Positions 50,641 to 59,801 of a stretch of 64,000 bases of DNA are shown here, one piece after another. The notes under the pieces are model-generated. The model did not search any database. It saw only the letters and a program-made list of their open reading frames with translations, and was not told the origin of the DNA. The position numbers and the translations under genes are program-made. How positions within the stretch are numbered: position 1 is the first letter of the stretch; each line of letters starts with the position of its first letter. This DNA is from an uncultured Eubacteriales bacterium (GTDB lineage Bacteria; Bacillota; Clostridia; Oscillospirales; Oscillospiraceae), in contig USMI01000001.1 of assembly GCA_900555735.1 (NCBI GenBank), positions 6,330-70,329 of the forward strand. The letters are read 5' to 3'.

Positions 50641-51392
50641 AGCACCGTCACCCACGCTTTCATTTCCTTGACGGCGGCATCCACATCGCCGCCGTATTGC
50701 AGGGTGTAATCCACCACCATAGCACCGTGGCCCAGATCGTCAAAGGCGGGGATGGCGTTCTGTCCGTCGCAGCCCGGCAGCAGCAGGAAGGCGTCACCGG
50801 CGCGCTTACGCACCTCCTTGACGTCCAGACTGTATCCGGTCTCCACCACCAGCGCCGCGCCCTTCCGGGCCATCTGCTGGGCCATTGCCGCGTACAGGGG
50901 ACGGTCGCCGGCAATGAGGTTCTGCACCTCGCTGGAGCTTCCGTTGGCGGTACGCACCACGGCAAAAATGGCCTTGTCCGTATCCTGCGGTACACAGTCA
51001 CCGCCCACATATGGCATCACCGTCAGGCCGTCGCCCGCCATGGGGCCGCCCAGCCACAGCTCCGGCCGGGTGGTGCGGCAGTCCACGATGGCGTACAGTC
51101 CGCGTGCCGACGCCGCGCCGGTGAGATTGCTCAGCACGTCCGCGCCCATCATGCCGTAGCGCAGATAGTGCTCGGCGCTGATGACCACGGCGGGCAGCTT
51201 GCCCTGCGCCGCGTCCATGGCCTGACATGCGTGGAACCGCAGCGCCTCGGCATTGGCCATCATGCCGGGGCCGAACATTTCTTCAAAATTCTTCACGATC
51301 TTGGGAGAGACCTTTTCGATCTCCGGGGCAAGGCCCAGCGCCACGGGGGTCTTGCGCTCCCGGATGGCGGCCTGTAATCTCTCAATAGACAT
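50637..51392 (-). CDS. PyrF (OMP decarboxylase)-like protein lacking catalytic residues
   Basis: Type-2 PyrF layout (VALGLAP, TVMPYVGGD, VRTANGSS.EVQ, LLLPG) with DxKxxD replaced by DCRTT; AAGGAG RBS. Confidence 0.7.
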   Translation of the reverse strand: MSIERLQAAIRERKTPVALGLAPEIEKVSPKIVKNFEEMFGPGMMANAEALRFHACQAMDAAQGKLPAVVISAEHYLRYGMMGADVLSNLTGAASARGLYAIVDCRTTRPELWLGGPMAGDGLTVMPYVGGDCVPQDTDKAIFAVVRTANGSSSEVQNLIAGDRPLYAAMAQQMARKGAALVVETGYSLDVKEVRKRAGDAFLLLPGCDGQNAIPAFDDLGHGAMVVDYTLQYGGDVDAAVKEMKAWVTVL

Positions 51393-51532
51393 GGCTGTCT
51401 CCTTTGTTTCATAAAATTTTTCATTACCGATCATTGTACCATTTTGCGCTTGTTTTGGCAAGTAATGCCCCGTGTTTTTCGCCGCTTTCCGGGACAAACT
51501 GACAGCAGCCAATGAAAAGGAGTGGATCAATC

Positions 51533-51703
51533 ATGAAAATTGCCGCATTTGTCAGCGGTCTTTGTCTCGGCATGGTGACCGGCGCCACGGTGGATCGCAT
51601 GTCCTCCGACCGGAAGGCCCGCCGCGCCGTCAGCCGCACCATGGAGCGCATGGGCAAGGCCATGGACAGCGCCTTTGAGGACGTCAAAAGCTGTCTGCAC
51701 TGA
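51533..51703 (+). CDS. Small hypothetical protein (YtxH-like topology)
   Basis: AAGGAG RBS; Gly-rich hydrophobic N-terminus and amphipathic helix; hairpin follows. Confidence 0.6.
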   Translation: MKIAAFVSGLCLGMVTGATVDRMSSDRKARRAVSRTMERMGKAMDSAFEDVKSCLH

Positions 51704-51894
51704 ATCGGGATGTCCCGCAGAGGTATCTGCGGGACATCTTTCTATAATTGTGTTGAATACTTCTCTAACGCGCTCAAATATACAGCAGACTTTGTCAAAA
51801 AAGTGTGAAAACATGTGGATTTTTCCGTAAGGCTTCTGTATAATGTAAACTTGTAGTATTATTACTATCGCCCTATGGGGCTTTGGGAGGAACT

Positions 51895-53952
51895 ATGCGC
51901 AATATCTGGACGGTATTCAAAACCGATGTGAAAACGCTGAGCAAATGCTTCTTCGCCTGCGCGGTGGTGGTGGCCATCGCCGTGCTGCCCAGCCTGTACG
52001 CATGGCTGAACATCTATTCCAACTGGGACCCCTACGGCAACACCGGCGGCATCTCCATCGCGCTGGTCTCGCTGGACAAGGGCTATACCGACGAGGACGG
52101 CGTCTTTACCAACAAGGGTCAGGATGTGGTGGACGACCTGCGTGAGGCCACCAGTATCGATTGGGTCATCGTGGACAGCGAGAAGCAGGCCAAGGACGGC
52201 GTTTATGCCGGAGATTACTACGCCGCCGTGGTCATCGACAAGGACTTCACCTACAAGATGTACCACATGCTGACGGAGTGGACGGGCAAGCCCTCCATCA
52301 CCTACTATGAAAACGCCAAGAAGAACGCCGTGGCTACCAAGATCACCGATACCGCGGTGGAAAGCCTGAAGCGCACCATCAGCGAGAACTATCTGGAGGT
52401 GGTCATCGGCCGGGTCATGACGCAGGCTAATCTGCTGGCCGCCGATCTGACGGAGGACGATCCCGAGGCGGCGGTAAAGGGGCTGTTCTATCAGGTGCAG
52501 GACCTGCTGGCAGGCTGCCGGGCCACTATGGACGCCTTTGACGCCGCCAAGAACAGCAGCACCATCGACATCGACTCCGGAAAGCTGTCACAGATCATTC
52601 AGAATATCAACAGCAGCCTGCCCGATACCGGGAAAATTCAGGAGACGGTGGCTCAGATCGACCGGGCCATCTATACCGCGCTGGAAAAGGTACAGCGGGC
52701 GCTGGATCAGTTCCAGCAGGCCATCGCCGACGGCGGTAGTCTGGACGACGCCCGCAAGGCCATTGAAGCCGCTGCCGACACCATGGGGCAGATGGGCGAC
52801 AAGCTGACGGAATGGGCCGACCGGCTGGAGCAGGAATCGGCGGGCAACGCGGCGGCCAAGCTGGCACGGAGCATTGCCGACAAGTGCTATCAGCTTCAGG
52901 ATCGCCTGACGGCGTTGACTGACAGCGACGATCTGGAAACCGTCATCAACGACTGCAAGGACATCGCCGCCGCTGTGGGCGACCTTACCGGAAAGCTGCT
53001 GCCTACCGCCGACGAGCTGCGCAAGGAGCTGGAGAATGTCATGGGACAGATCTCCAACGCCATGGAAAATGTCAAGGGACTGGGCGATGATGTCCGGGCC
53101 GTACAAAACGCGCTGGCCAATACGGCGCTGGCGCTGGACGAGACCATGGCGCTGCTGCGGCCCGCCGCCGAAAGGCTGTCTCAGTCGGTGTCGGAGACCC
53201 TTGATAAGCTGCAGGACCTGACCGCCGACGAGTACATGGATATCCTGCTGGACATCCTCAACGGTGATCCCGAAACATACGGCCAGTACTTCTCTCAGAT
53301 GGTGCAGACCACCGTCACCCCCATTTATCCCATTGAGAACTACGGCTCCGCCATGGCCCCCTTCTATACGGTGCTGGCCATCTGGGTGGGCGGCGTCATT
53401 CTGGTGGCCATCATCAAGCCCCACGCCCGGCTGGACGGCCTTGTGGATCCCACGCCCCGCGAGCTGTATTTCGGCCGGTACATCATGTTCTTCCTGCTGA
53501 GCCAGATTCAGGCGGCGGTCATCATCACCGGCGACCTGCTGATCCTGAAAATACAATGCCTGCATCCGGGGCTTCTGTATCTGACCGGCTCGCTGACGGC
53601 CCTGACCTTCAGCCTGCTGATCTACTCGCTGGCGCTGTCCTTCGGCGACGTGGGTAAGGCCATCGTGGTGGTGGTCATGGTATTGCAGATCGCAGGCTCC
53701 TCCGGCACCTTCCCCATTGAGCTGCTGCCGGAGATCTATCAGAAGATCTACCGCTTCTTCCCCTTCCCCTACGCCATCGACGCCATGCGCGAGTGCATCT
53801 GCGGCCTGTATGGCGACTACTACATCACGCAGCTTCTCTTCCTGCTGCTGTTCTGCGCCGCGGCGCTGGTCATCGGCCTGCTGGTGCGCCGTCCCTTCAT
53901 GGGCCTGAACCATTTCATGGAGGCCAAGCTGGAAGAGACCGAGCTGTTTTAA
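51895..53952 (+). CDS. YhgE/Pip domain membrane protein
   Basis: PSLYAWLNIYSNWDPYGN, coiled-coil middle, NYGSAMAPFY, GGT-like SGTFPIE. Confidence 0.88.
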   Translation: MRNIWTVFKTDVKTLSKCFFACAVVVAIAVLPSLYAWLNIYSNWDPYGNTGGISIALVSLDKGYTDEDGVFTNKGQDVVDDLREATSIDWVIVDSEKQAKDGVYAGDYYAAVVIDKDFTYKMYHMLTEWTGKPSITYYENAKKNAVATKITDTAVESLKRTISENYLEVVIGRVMTQANLLAADLTEDDPEAAVKGLFYQVQDLLAGCRATMDAFDAAKNSSTIDIDSGKLSQIIQNINSSLPDTGKIQETVAQIDRAIYTALEKVQRALDQFQQAIADGGSLDDARKAIEAAADTMGQMGDKLTEWADRLEQESAGNAAAKLARSIADKCYQLQDRLTALTDSDDLETVINDCKDIAAAVGDLTGKLLPTADELRKELENVMGQISNAMENVKGLGDDVRAVQNALANTALALDETMALLRPAAERLSQSVSETLDKLQDLTADEYMDILLDILNGDPETYGQYFSQMVQTTVTPIYPIENYGSAMAPFYTVLAIWVGGVILVAIIKPHARLDGLVDPTPRELYFGRYIMFFLLSQIQAAVIITGDLLILKIQCLHPGLLYLTGSLTALTFSLLIYSLALSFGDVGKAIVVVVMVLQIAGSSGTFPIELLPEIYQKIYRFFPFPYAIDAMRECICGLYGDYYITQLLFLLLFCAAALVIGLLVRRPFMGLNHFMEAKLEETELF

Positions 53953-53968
53953 GGAGGTGCAGAGTCCC

Positions 53969-54601
53969 ATGACACTGGAAGAAAAGTATCATCAGCTGTA
54001 CGACCGGCTGCTGGAAGAGGTGGCGGCCCTGCACAAAAGCAATCAGCACCGCATCCGCGTAGGCATGCGGGCACTGGTGATCGTCACCGTGGGCCTTCTG
54101 CTGCTGATGTTTCTGGCAGAGGGCAACAAGGTCTTTACTCTGATCCTGTGGATCTTGTCCATGTTCGCCCTGTCGGCGTATCTCATCGGCGTGGAGTACA
54201 TGGACTATGAGCTGCAAAAGAAGCTGCGGGACATCACGCAGGAGGAGCAGGCCACGCTGGGTCAGCTGATCGCCCTGCCCCAGCTGACCCGCACCGCCCG
54301 CCTGCCCCAGCTGCTGAAATGGAAGGGCGAGGAGCTGGCGGAGGAAGCGCCGCAAGAGACCGAAACACCTCCCGCCGGAAGCGAGAACCGCGCCGTCACC
54401 CTGCCCATGCCGCCGGAGAACGCCCGGCCCGTGGCGGACGGCCCTGCCGCCCTCCCGCTGGATATGTATGCCATCCTCAGGTCCGATCCCCAGAAGATGG
54501 CCGCCGATCTGGCGCAGCTGGCACAGGCGCTGCAAGCCCTGTCGGCTGACCTGACCGCCGGCAGCGGGCAGGCACAGCAAAACGGGGAGGTGGAGCAATG
54601 A
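53969..54601 (+). CDS. Two-TM hypothetical protein between the Pip genes
   Basis: AAGGAGG RBS; two hydrophobic segments; 4-nt overlap with the next gene. Confidence 0.72.
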   Translation: MTLEEKYHQLYDRLLEEVAALHKSNQHRIRVGMRALVIVTVGLLLLMFLAEGNKVFTLILWILSMFALSAYLIGVEYMDYELQKKLRDITQEEQATLGQLIALPQLTRTARLPQLLKWKGEELAEEAPQETETPPAGSENRAVTLPMPPENARPVADGPAALPLDMYAILRSDPQKMAADLAQLAQALQALSADLTAGSGQAQQNGEVEQ

Positions 54602-56685
54602 TGAAGCGTGTATGGAGCATTTTCCGGGCCGACTGGCAGCGGCTGACCGCCAGTGTGGTGGCCGTGGTGGTGATGCTGGGCCTGTGTCTGGTGCCCTGCT
54701 TGTATGCATGGTTCAACATTCTGTCCAACTGGGACCCCTACGGCCCCGCCTCCACCGGCAACATCAAGGTAGCCGTAGCCAATGAGGACGAGGGCCGCGA
54801 GATCCTCGGCCTGCACCTGAACATCGGCGAGCTGGTAATGGACGGTCTGCAGACCAACGATCAGATGGGCTGGGTCTTTCTGGAGGACCGGGACACGGCG
54901 CTGGACGGCGTATATGCCGGCGAGTATTACGCCGCCCTGATCGTACCGGAGGACTTCACCAGCGATTTTGTCAGTCTGCTGGACGGCGACCTGAAGCATC
55001 CCCAGATCCAGTATTTTGAAAACGAAAAGAAAAACGCCATCGCTCCCAAGATCACCGGCAAGGCCAAGACCGCCGTGCAGGAGCAGATCAATAGCACCAT
55101 CATCGAAAAGGTGGCCGACGCACTGACCACCGCCAGCTCCATATGCAAAGCGCTGGGGCTTGACGGCGAGGATGTGGCTAACCGCCTGATCGAGAAATTG
55201 CAGGACGCCCAGTGGCAGATGAACCAGCTCAGCAAGATCCTCACCTCGCTGGAAAACGTGATGGATAACGCCGACGATCTGCTGACAGCGTCCGCCATCA
55301 CCGTGGATGACGTGAACGGCGTGCTGGTCAGCGCCTCCAACACGGTAGGCGGCATCGGCGATATGGTCAACACCGGCTCCGACACGGCGGACGGCGCTTC
55401 CAACGATGTGATCGCCATTCTGGACACCATCGACAAGGGGCTGGTGGATCTGGAGAACAAGCTGCGCCAGTGGGGCACCTCCGAGGATCCCACCCTCCTG
55501 CAGCAACAGATCATCCAGCAGATCAACGACGCGATCTCCCGGCTGGAGGAGCTGAAGGACAAAGCGCCCGATCTGGCGGATAAGATCGACGCCGCCATCG
55601 AAAAGCTGACCCAGATGCGGGACGACGTGACCAGCGCCGGCGATCCCGCCGTCAAGGACGAGCTGCTGACGAAGCTGTCCGAGGTACGCCAGACCGTTCG
55701 CGCCGCGGCATTGCAGGCCAACCAGAATGTCAACGATTTCATTCACGGCTTGAACGATAATGCGCTGGCCGCCCTACGCTCTGTGCAGGAGCTGCTGCAA
55801 AGCGGTTCCGGCAAACTGACCGGCCTGTCCAACACCCTGAACGCCTATGCCGCCGCCATGGAGCAATCACAGTCCACGCTGGCGGCGGGCGCTACGCTGG
55901 CCGATACCGTGTCCGGTTATTTGGCGGATATGGAGGCGGATATCCGCCGCATCACCGACAGTGCCGCCTTCCGGAAATTCATGGACATGCTGGAGAACAA
56001 CCCCGACGGCATTGCCGACTATCTGGCCTCGCCCGTGCAGCTGAACACCGAGATCGTCTACGAGATCGGCGACTACGGCTCCGCCATGTCCCCCTACTAC
56101 ATCATGCTGGCGCTGTTCGTGGGCTCGCTGCTGGCGGCGGTAATGATCAAGGTGCCCGTGACCCAGCCGCAATTTCTGGGTTATCGGGCCGTGGAACGGT
56201 ACTTCGGCCGCTTCGTGCTGTTCTTCTTCGTAGGGATGGCGCAGGCGCTGGTGACCGCCTTCGGCTGTCTGTACTTCGTGGGCATCCAGTGCGTGGAACC
56301 GGCCCGGTTCATATTGGCCTGCTGCATCTGCTCGCTGAACTTCGCCATGATGAACTTCGGTCTGGTCTATGCGCTGGACAACGTGGGCATGGCCGCCGCC
56401 GTCATCATCATGGTCATTCAGGTAGCAGGCTCCGGCGGCTCCTACCCCATCCATGTGCTGCCCATGCTGTTCCAGAAGCTCTATTTCCTCATGCCCTTCC
56501 ACTACGGCATGGACATGATCCGCGAGACCATCGGCGGCATGTACGGCAACACCTACCGCAACTGTGCCCTGACCCTGCTGGGCATGGGCGTGATCTTCAC
56601 CGTGTTCGGCCTGCTGGTGTACTACCCGGCCCGAAAGCTGAACGCCGCCATTGCCGAAAGCAAGAAGCGCTCCGGCATCATGTAA
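54598..56685 (+). CDS. YhgE/Pip domain membrane protein, second paralogue
   Basis: LYAWFNILSNWDPYG, NEKKNAIAPKIT, YGSAMSPYY, GGSYPI. Confidence 0.88.
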   Translation: MMKRVWSIFRADWQRLTASVVAVVVMLGLCLVPCLYAWFNILSNWDPYGPASTGNIKVAVANEDEGREILGLHLNIGELVMDGLQTNDQMGWVFLEDRDTALDGVYAGEYYAALIVPEDFTSDFVSLLDGDLKHPQIQYFENEKKNAIAPKITGKAKTAVQEQINSTIIEKVADALTTASSICKALGLDGEDVANRLIEKLQDAQWQMNQLSKILTSLENVMDNADDLLTASAITVDDVNGVLVSASNTVGGIGDMVNTGSDTADGASNDVIAILDTIDKGLVDLENKLRQWGTSEDPTLLQQQIIQQINDAISRLEELKDKAPDLADKIDAAIEKLTQMRDDVTSAGDPAVKDELLTKLSEVRQTVRAAALQANQNVNDFIHGLNDNALAALRSVQELLQSGSGKLTGLSNTLNAYAAAMEQSQSTLAAGATLADTVSGYLADMEADIRRITDSAAFRKFMDMLENNPDGIADYLASPVQLNTEIVYEIGDYGSAMSPYYIMLALFVGSLLAAVMIKVPVTQPQFLGYRAVERYFGRFVLFFFVGMAQALVTAFGCLYFVGIQCVEPARFILACCICSLNFAMMNFGLVYALDNVGMAAAVIIMVIQVAGSGGSYPIHVLPMLFQKLYFLMPFHYGMDMIRETIGGMYGNTYRNCALTLLGMGVIFTVFGLLVYYPARKLNAAIAESKKRSGIM

Positions 56686-56759
56686 TGACAGTTGGATATA
56701 CAAAGAAAACCCACATGGCTATGCCATGCGGGCTTTCTTTTGTTCTGTCGCAGGGACCG

Positions 56760-57116
56760 TCAGATGTTGACGCTGGTGTGTTCCTCCAGATCCGGCTTGC
56801 TCAGCTCGGTGCAGCGGTCATATTCCACCTGCATCACGGCAGAGATGGTATGGCGGCCGTAATCATCCAGCTTGGCATATTGGGTCAGCAGCTTTTCGGT
56901 GTCGTCGGTCAGGTAGAAGGCGGCATCGTCGCCCAGTGCCTTGATCCCCAGCACCTTACACAGCCGCAGCACCGTGTCAAAGCTGGAGCCTCCCACACCG
57001 TTGTGCAGCGCGCTGTTTACAGTGGACAGCGGTACACCCACCGCAAAAGCGAATTGCCGCACGCTTTTATACTGCTTGCCGATCTCTTCGCGGATGATCT
57101 TTGTTAGGTTGTCCAT
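56760..57116 (-). CDS. XRE-like HTH regulator
   Basis: SVRQFAFAVGVPLSTVNS...LCKVLGI; AAGGA RBS. Confidence 0.78.
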   Translation of the reverse strand: MDNLTKIIREEIGKQYKSVRQFAFAVGVPLSTVNSALHNGVGGSSFDTVLRLCKVLGIKALGDDAAFYLTDDTEKLLTQYAKLDDYGRHTISAVMQVEYDRCTELSKPDLEEHTSVNI

Positions 57117-57263
57117 GGTCTCCCGTCCTTTTCTTACGTTTTCGGTTGTGCAGTTTCCAATTTTAGGCAAATACATTATATCACTCCTGCTTTTTTTAGC
57201 AAGATACAAGATAACATTTAACAGTTTTTTCATAATTATTCCAAGAATTTCGCTGTTTCGACG

Positions 57264-57311
57264 TTATCCACTGTGGAAAAGCACTTTTATTTTATACACA
57301 GCTGTGTTAAA
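57264..57311. promoter_or_regulatory. Cluster of DnaA-box-like 9-mers
   Basis: TTATCCACT 57264, TGTGGAAAA 57272, TTATACACA 57292, TGTGTTAAA 57303. Confidence 0.55.
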
Positions 57312-57353
57312 ATATGTGGCGCGGAGGCAAATCGCCTTCACAGGAGGAACATT

Positions 57354-58712
57354 ATGAAAATCATTATCGTGGGCAACGGCAAAGTGGGCTATGCCATCGC
57401 CAATTCACTGGCGCAGGAAGATCATGACATCGTTATGGTGGACGCCAACACCGCCGCCCTGCGCAGAGCGGAAAGCACCATGGACGTGCTGTGCGTGGAG
57501 GGCAACGGCGCCAGCATCAGCGTACTGCTGGAGGCCGGCGTCCGTACCGCGGATCTGGTGATCGCCGTCACCAATCAGGATGAGATCAATCTGGTCTGCT
57601 GCCTGATCGCCAAAAAGCTGGGCGCCAAGCACACCATTGCCCGCGTGCGCAATACCGATTACCGCCGGGACGAGGAAATGCTGAAAAAGGAGATCGGGCT
57701 GGACATGGTCATCAATCCCGATCTGGCCGCCGCGCAGGAGATCGCCCGTATTCTGGCCTTCCCCGCCGCCTTCAGCGTGGAGCCCTTCGCCCGCGGCCGC
57801 ATTGACATGATCGGCTTTCAGGTCACGGAGAACGACACCATCTGCGGCGTACCGCTGAGCCAGTCCCACCGCCTGCGTCAGGCAGAGGTGCTGATCTGCG
57901 CGGCGGAGCATCAGGGCGAATACATCATCCCCGACGGTAACTTCGCGCCTGCGGCAGGCGACCGGGTATACATGCTGGGCGCCAAGCCGGAGCTGCAAAG
58001 GATGCTGAAGGAGATGGGCCGCACCTGGCAGAAGGTGAAAAAGGTCTCGGTGCTGGGCGGCAGCCGCAGCGCCATGTATCTGGCGTGGGAGCTGCAAAAG
58101 ACCAATACCAGCGTCCGTATCGTGGAAATGGACGCCGATAAATGCCTGCGTCTGTCGGCCCAGCTGCCCCATGTGCTGGTGATACAGGGCGACGGCACCG
58201 ACAACACGCTCTTGCAGCAGGAGGGCATTCTGGATACCGACGCTTTCGTGGCCGTCACCAACCGGGACGAGGAAAATCTGCTGATGGCCATGCACGCCCA
58301 GCGCAGCGGCGTACCAAAGGTGCTGGCCAAGATGACCCGCCCCAACTACATGGATCTGGTCAACAGCACGGGCATCGACTCCATCATCTCCCCCAAGGAT
58401 ATCATCTCCAGCCAGATCCTGCGGTATGTGCGGGCGCTGGGCAATGCCGAGGGCAGCAAGGTGGAGAGCCTGTATAAGATGCTGGGCGGCCATGTGGAGG
58501 CTCTGTCCTTCACCGCCACCGCCTCCAGCCATGCCGTGCTGGGCAAGCCACTGAAGGATCTCCAGCTGCGTAAGGGCCTGCTGGTGGCCGCCATCGTCCG
58601 TGATGAGCACACCATCATCCCCGGCGGCCTGACCACCATCGAGGATGGCGACCACGTTGTGGTAGTCACCCGTGCCACCGGTCTGGACGACCTGACGGAT
58701 ATTCTGGCATAA
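57354..58712 (+). CDS. trkA: Trk potassium uptake regulatory subunit
   Basis: MKIIIVGNGKVG, TIARVR, INPD; two RCK repeats. Confidence 0.93.
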   Translation: MKIIIVGNGKVGYAIANSLAQEDHDIVMVDANTAALRRAESTMDVLCVEGNGASISVLLEAGVRTADLVIAVTNQDEINLVCCLIAKKLGAKHTIARVRNTDYRRDEEMLKKEIGLDMVINPDLAAAQEIARILAFPAAFSVEPFARGRIDMIGFQVTENDTICGVPLSQSHRLRQAEVLICAAEHQGEYIIPDGNFAPAAGDRVYMLGAKPELQRMLKEMGRTWQKVKKVSVLGGSRSAMYLAWELQKTNTSVRIVEMDADKCLRLSAQLPHVLVIQGDGTDNTLLQQEGILDTDAFVAVTNRDEENLLMAMHAQRSGVPKVLAKMTRPNYMDLVNSTGIDSIISPKDIISSQILRYVRALGNAEGSKVESLYKMLGGHVEALSFTATASSHAVLGKPLKDLQLRKGLLVAAIVRDEHTIIPGGLTTIEDGDHVVVVTRATGLDDLTDILA

Positions 58713-58745
58713 CATCCCAATTATAACGCTAAAGGACAGTGAACG

Positions 58746-59222
58746 ATGCTCAAACACATTCTGATCGTTTTTTTCGTTTCCATGGTGCCGCTGATCGAGC
58801 TGCGGGGCGCGATCCCCTACGGCGTGCTGTATGGCCTTCCTCTGTGGCTGACCTTCGTGGTGGCCATTATCGGCAATATGCTGCCGGTGCCGGTGATCTA
58901 TTTTCTGGCCCGGAAGGTGCTGGTCTGGGGTCAGGACAAGCCCGTTATCGGGCGGTTCTTCTCCTTCTGCCTGCGCAAGGGCGAGGCCGCCGGTGAAAAG
59001 CTGAAGGCCAAGGCGGGCAGGGGGCTTTTCTGGGCGCTGCTGCTGTTTGTGGGCATCCCCCTGCCGGGTACCGGCGCGTGGACCGGTACGCTGGCGGCCA
59101 GTCTTTTAAACATGGGCTTTAAAAAGAGCGTGCTGGCCTGCATGGGCGGCGTGGTGCTGGCAGGTATCATCATGGGCACGCTGAGCCTGCTGGGTGTGTC
59201 GGTGTTCGGGACGATCGGGTAA
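58746..59222 (+). CDS. Small multidrug export family (COG2426-like) membrane protein
   Basis: SMVPLIELRGAIP; FVGIPLPGTGAWTG. Confidence 0.85.
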   Translation: MLKHILIVFFVSMVPLIELRGAIPYGVLYGLPLWLTFVVAIIGNMLPVPVIYFLARKVLVWGQDKPVIGRFFSFCLRKGEAAGEKLKAKAGRGLFWALLLFVGIPLPGTGAWTGTLAASLLNMGFKKSVLACMGGVVLAGIIMGTLSLLGVSVFGTIG

Positions 59223-59321
59223 AAGGAAAAGGCGGCTTGCCGCCTTTTTTCTTTTTTCCTGAAACGTTTTGGCTTCCGGCTGTGTTATACCATTGAAAAG
59301 CTTTTCAAGGAGATCATTTCC

Positions 59322-59801
59322 ATGACAGACCAACAGTTTGCTCTGGCGGCGGAGCGGTACATGGACACCATTTTCCGGGTGGCCTATGGCTATCTGCGCA
59401 GCAAATCGGACGCCGACGACGTGACTCAGGACGTATTGATACAGCTCTATAAGACCGACGCGCCGTTTGAAAGCGAGGAGCATCTCAAGCGCTGGCTGAT
59501 CCGGGTAACGGTAAACCGGTGCAAGAACATTTTCCGCTCCCCGTGGCACAGGATGGAGGACATCGCCAACTACGAAAGCACCCTGACCTTCGAGGCCCCG
59601 GAGTGCCGGGAGCTGTTTGACGCGGTGATGGCGCTGGACAAGCGCTATCGCGTGCCGATGCTGCTGTATTATTACGAGGGCTATTCCCAGAAGGAGATCG
59701 CCGAGATGCTGTCCGTCCCGGAGGAGACCGTCCGCACCCGGCTGTTCCGGGCCAGAGGAAAGCTGAAAACCACCTTGAAGGAGGTATTGCAATATGATTG
59801 A
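59322..59801 (+). CDS. ECF RNA polymerase sigma factor
   Basis: DADDVTQDV, WLIRVTVN, YSQKEIAEML...TVRTRLFRAR. Confidence 0.92.
   Translation: MTDQQFALAAERYMDTIFRVAYGYLRSKSDADDVTQDVLIQLYKTDAPFESEEHLKRWLIRVTVNRCKNIFRSPWHRMEDIANYESTLTFEAPECRELFDAVMALDKRYRVPMLLYYYEGYSQKEIAEMLSVPEETVRTRLFRARGKLKTTLKEVLQYD

Noticed and set aside
51895..56685. Type VII secretion locus
   Set aside because: No EssC ATPase, WXG100 or EssB genes adjacent.
77..58757. Many long antisense ORFs (e.g. 77-1060 +, 1055-2977 -, 33438-35534 -, 36089-38434 -, 57405-58757 -)
   Set aside because: Shadow frames of real genes caused by high GC3 codon bias; no RBS or recognisable motifs.
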